DNA from: Octopus bimaculoides
Lineage: Eukaryota
Reading direction: 5' to 3'
DNA: 56,898 bases
NCBI RefSeq assembly: GCF_001194135.2
Contig: NC_068986.1
Span: 58,021,512 to 58,078,409, forward strand
Shown: positions 53,146-56,898 of the stretch, in pieces
Layout of the letters: every line of letters starts with the position of its first letter
Numbering within the stretch: position 1 is the stretch's first letter
Program-made: the position numbers and the translations under genes
The notes under the pieces: generated by a model
The model's database searches: none
What the model saw: the letters and a program-made list of their open reading frames with translations, nothing else
Told to the model about the DNA's origin: nothing

Positions 53146-54077
53146 ACACACACACAACATTTTCTTTAGACTTGTATTGATAAGATGACTGAGTTCTAGT
53201 TTTATTATTTTTTATTAATACTTTTTTCTGCATATTTTCGTATGAGTTCATTTCATGTTTATTACAATGAATTCCACTAAATCTGACACAAACGCTTCTA
53301 AACCTTCGTAATTTCCTATTTTGGATGAAATCATGTTGGTGTGTATTGTTCTTTCTTGGAGGCAACGATATGATTTGTGTGAGTGTCACTAGCAGATTCT
53401 GAATTTTAGACAATTACATTTATGCGTTCTCCATCAGAGATGTATTTTTGTGTGTGACAAACTTATAATAATTCTGTATTTATTTTAGCACTGTGTATGT
53501 TTCCACCTGCTCACCATGCATTTACAGCAAAAAGCAATTGCATGCACTATATCATACAACAGAAAAACAAAAGGGAAATGTATTAAAAAAAAACTAGTTA
53601 GGAGGAAGTTAGTGGACAACACAACTACACACTACAGAATTCTCTTAAAGATAAATTATTCATATTAGAAGGCATACTCATAACGGAATACAATGTTAAA
53701 ATAAACAGATAATAAGTATTAGTCACAAACAAAGATTAACACCCAGCTTGATGTCGTAGATATCTAAAATGTTAAAACTTGAAATTCCTGAGTTAAATAT
53801 TTACGCGAAGCATGTTTGGCCTTGCCAGTTACAAAGTGTGGGTGTGGGGAGTAACACACATGCCAACATCAATTCATCCAGCAGAAGATGAGATTAAGAA
53901 CGTACCGAAACACTAATGATGGACCTGAGAAGTTTACTGTTCCAAATTGTAAGGAACACTTGGACATGAAAGAAGGCATGAAGGAAGAAACATTCAAAAA
54001 AGATAAACCTAAGGCACATTCATGTTTTCAATCACACACACATTCATACATACAACGCACACACACTACATACGTAC

Positions 54078-54182
<105 letters not shown>

Positions 54183-55040
54183 TTGCAAAATGTATGGTGA
54201 CTGTGAAGGCAATCAATTGCATCGTGTCAGGTTTCATAATCTCAGTCAAATAAATAAACAAGTAAACAACAAAAGAAGCACAATTTATGGACAGAAAATA
54301 TGAGCTGAACAGGTTCAGCACTAGTATGGAAGACAAGTGATGTCAGCATTATTAAACAACAGAATATTTTGGCATAGGGATGAAATAAGAAATGGGAGTT
54401 TTGATCATTTTCTGGATTTTAATTTTTAGCACTGACAGATAATAAAAAAAAGGACAAGTTTTTAAGTATTTTATAAATAGTTCAATGTATAGATAAATAA
54501 ATGAATTAAAATTTCCTATACTATACGTTTCTCACCAACCAAAATGAATCTCTAAAAACGGAGACAAACCGCCTGAATATAAATAGTTCGAAATATAGGA
54601 CTGCAAACACAAAAAAAATGACAAAAATAAGTTATACTGATTTATACATACATACATACATACATGCATACATACATGCATATACACACACCCAGACATG
54701 CATTTGTATATATAGATATACACACATATGCAATTATACATATATATGCATGCACATACATACTCATAAATGCATACTCGTTATTTGTGACTCACATAGC
54801 TAATCCAGAAAAGAAAGCAATGGAGCCAATAAGACAACACAATCCTGCGGACGAGACTTTCTATAATACGATCGGTGTGTATTGGGCACAGCGAGAATGT
54901 TTTACCATGAAGAACATTGCTAACTTTTCACTCGGGCTAAACAGCTATTATTACTAATAATATATTGTAAACAGTATTGTTGTAATTTGAAATCCTGTAA
55001 CTGAAGAAACGTTGATTATAATTATGCTGTCATATTATTA

Positions 55041-55093
<53 letters not shown>

Positions 55094-55773
55094 GTTGTTG
55101 TTGTTGTTGTTGTTTTTGTTGTTGTTATTTTACAAAAGCACAAGGTCACAAATTTTGGAGTAGGGGCTAGCCGAGTAAAGCGATCCTACATCTTGACTGG
55201 TACTTTATTTTTATCAAGTCCGGAAAAAAGTAAAGCAGAAATGTCCTTCCCTTTTATAAAGTGTCAGAACACGCTAACATCTCTTCATCCTGATAATGGT
55301 ACTAGGACATTTTAGAAAAGTTGCTGGATTTGGAAAACACTGTTCCAAACAAAAGTTTCAAGGAATTCCTATACCTCAATATCATCTTGTTAATTACGTA
55401 AGCAATTAACGCTGATACAGAATCTCTTTCTCTTTCTCTTTCACTGATTCCTTCTCTCTCTCTCTCCCTCTCTCTCTGTACTTCCCTTCATGATGGTAAT
55501 GGTGTGAAATAAGTTTCTGTTTTGTTTTCATGCTTTTGTTTCGTAGAAATAATATTACAATAAAACTAACGAAGAAACTGAGAATATGAATACTAAATGA
55601 GGAAAAAAAGTGAAATTTAAAAAGTGTGAAGCTTGAAGTGGAATAGAACGAACAGAAAACAAAACCGAAGAATGTATTTATATTTAAAGAGAGAGAGAGC
55701 GTGAGTGTGAGGAGTGGAAAAGAGAATGAAAGAGAATGAATAAATTGGTAGAGCAGAAGAGGGCAGTTCAGAC

Positions 55774-55980
55774 AAAATTTTGGCACAAATCCAGTAATTC
55801 CTGGGGAGGGGGTTAAGTCGATTACATTGATCCCAGTACTCAACTGGTACTTATTTTATCGACTCCGAAAGGATTAACGGCAATGTCGACCTCAGTGGAA
55901 TTTGAACTCAGAACGTAAAGAGCCGGAAAAAAATTTCACAAGGCATTTTGCTCGCCGTTCTAACGATTTTACCATTTCAT
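55774..55980 (-). mobile_element. SINE family A, near full length
   Basis: aaaattttggcac...aagtcgattacattgatcccagtactcaactggtacttattttatcgactccgaaagg...ggaatttgaactcagaacgtaaag. Confidence 0.85.
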
Positions 55981-56865
55981 TACCCTGACTAGTAAAACTA
56001 ATATTGGAAATAAAGAAATAAAGAACGGATTTCGGTAAAAACAAAAAACCAAAAAAATCAGCAAAATTGAATGAGTAATAATGAAAATAATAAATAAACA
56101 AAGGCTAAAAATTAAATAACACAAATGAATAAATAATTTTTCTTACGTGGAAGGTAACGAAACACAGAAAGAAGAAAAAAAGAAAAAAAATGAAATATCT
56201 ATATATTAAAAAACAACAACAGTAAAATAGCGATCAAAAAATAAAAGCAGAAAATCAGTGGAGGGAAAGATTGGGTCAGATTAAAATTCTAGATGGGTGA
56301 GTGACAGACAATAAAAGGAAGGATGTGTTGGAGCAGAAAGAATAGGGAAGTGACGCTGAAATGTTTCCAAAGAGAAGCCAAAAACGAAATGAAGACGAAG
56401 TTAAATGAAGCAGAAAACCTAAAAAGAATAGCTATTTGAAATACGTTTCAATGAACGCACTCGCGTAAGTTGCATTTGAAAAGGGAAAGAGGTGGGCAAA
56501 TGGCAAAAAAACGGCTACCCGGGTATTGTAGGGCGTGGCACGGCTGAAAAAGAAGGCCGGACACTTGAAATACGCACTGTTCGGAGCGAATGCATATATG
56601 AACAAAATTAACTTTGACTTCATGTTTTGTATAAGTGCGTAAGTACCTGTGTGTGTAAGCGTGTGTATGTGTGTGTGTGAGAGAGAGAGAGAACGGGAGA
56701 GAGTGAGCGTGCGGGAGAGAGAGAAATTGTTTTGTTCACATTTGTACGTATGGGTATCACGTTTATGCTTGTATGTATTTACAAATACGGGTGGTTTGTC
56801 ATTGTGTCTTAACTGCATGCTCCTTTTACACATTCGCATTCATATAACTGTGTATATACATGTAT

Positions 56866-56898
<33 letters not shown>

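Overview
This is repeat-rich, AT-rich animal genomic DNA. It looks like a coleoid cephalopod, probably Octopus; that is my inference from the microsatellite density and SINE families, not a database result. About 4.1 kb is N gaps. The window lies inside a minus-strand Pax2/5/8 gene that the ORF track misses. An unambiguous 166-nt paired-domain exon sits at 7110-7275 ([10 protein letters not shown]...SKILGR, clean AG/GT ends). A likely 57-nt upstream exon at 51880-51936 splices in frame to give ...[28 protein letters not shown], which implies an intron of about 44.6 kb. I did not find the next paired-domain exon (YYETGS...) or a convincing first exon, so both probably lie outside the window. 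The rest is intron filled with decayed elements: an RTE fragment, a Tx1/L1-like LINE lacking its RT region, a CR1-like 3' fragment, two deleted Tc1/mariner elements, a hAT-like MITE, more than 20 copies of a tRNA-derived SINE (including a recurrent dimer) and many microsatellites. There are no prokaryotic features, CRISPR arrays or rRNA/tRNA genes. I found no convincing new biological system; the findings are modest leads on splicing, cis-regulation and transposons.
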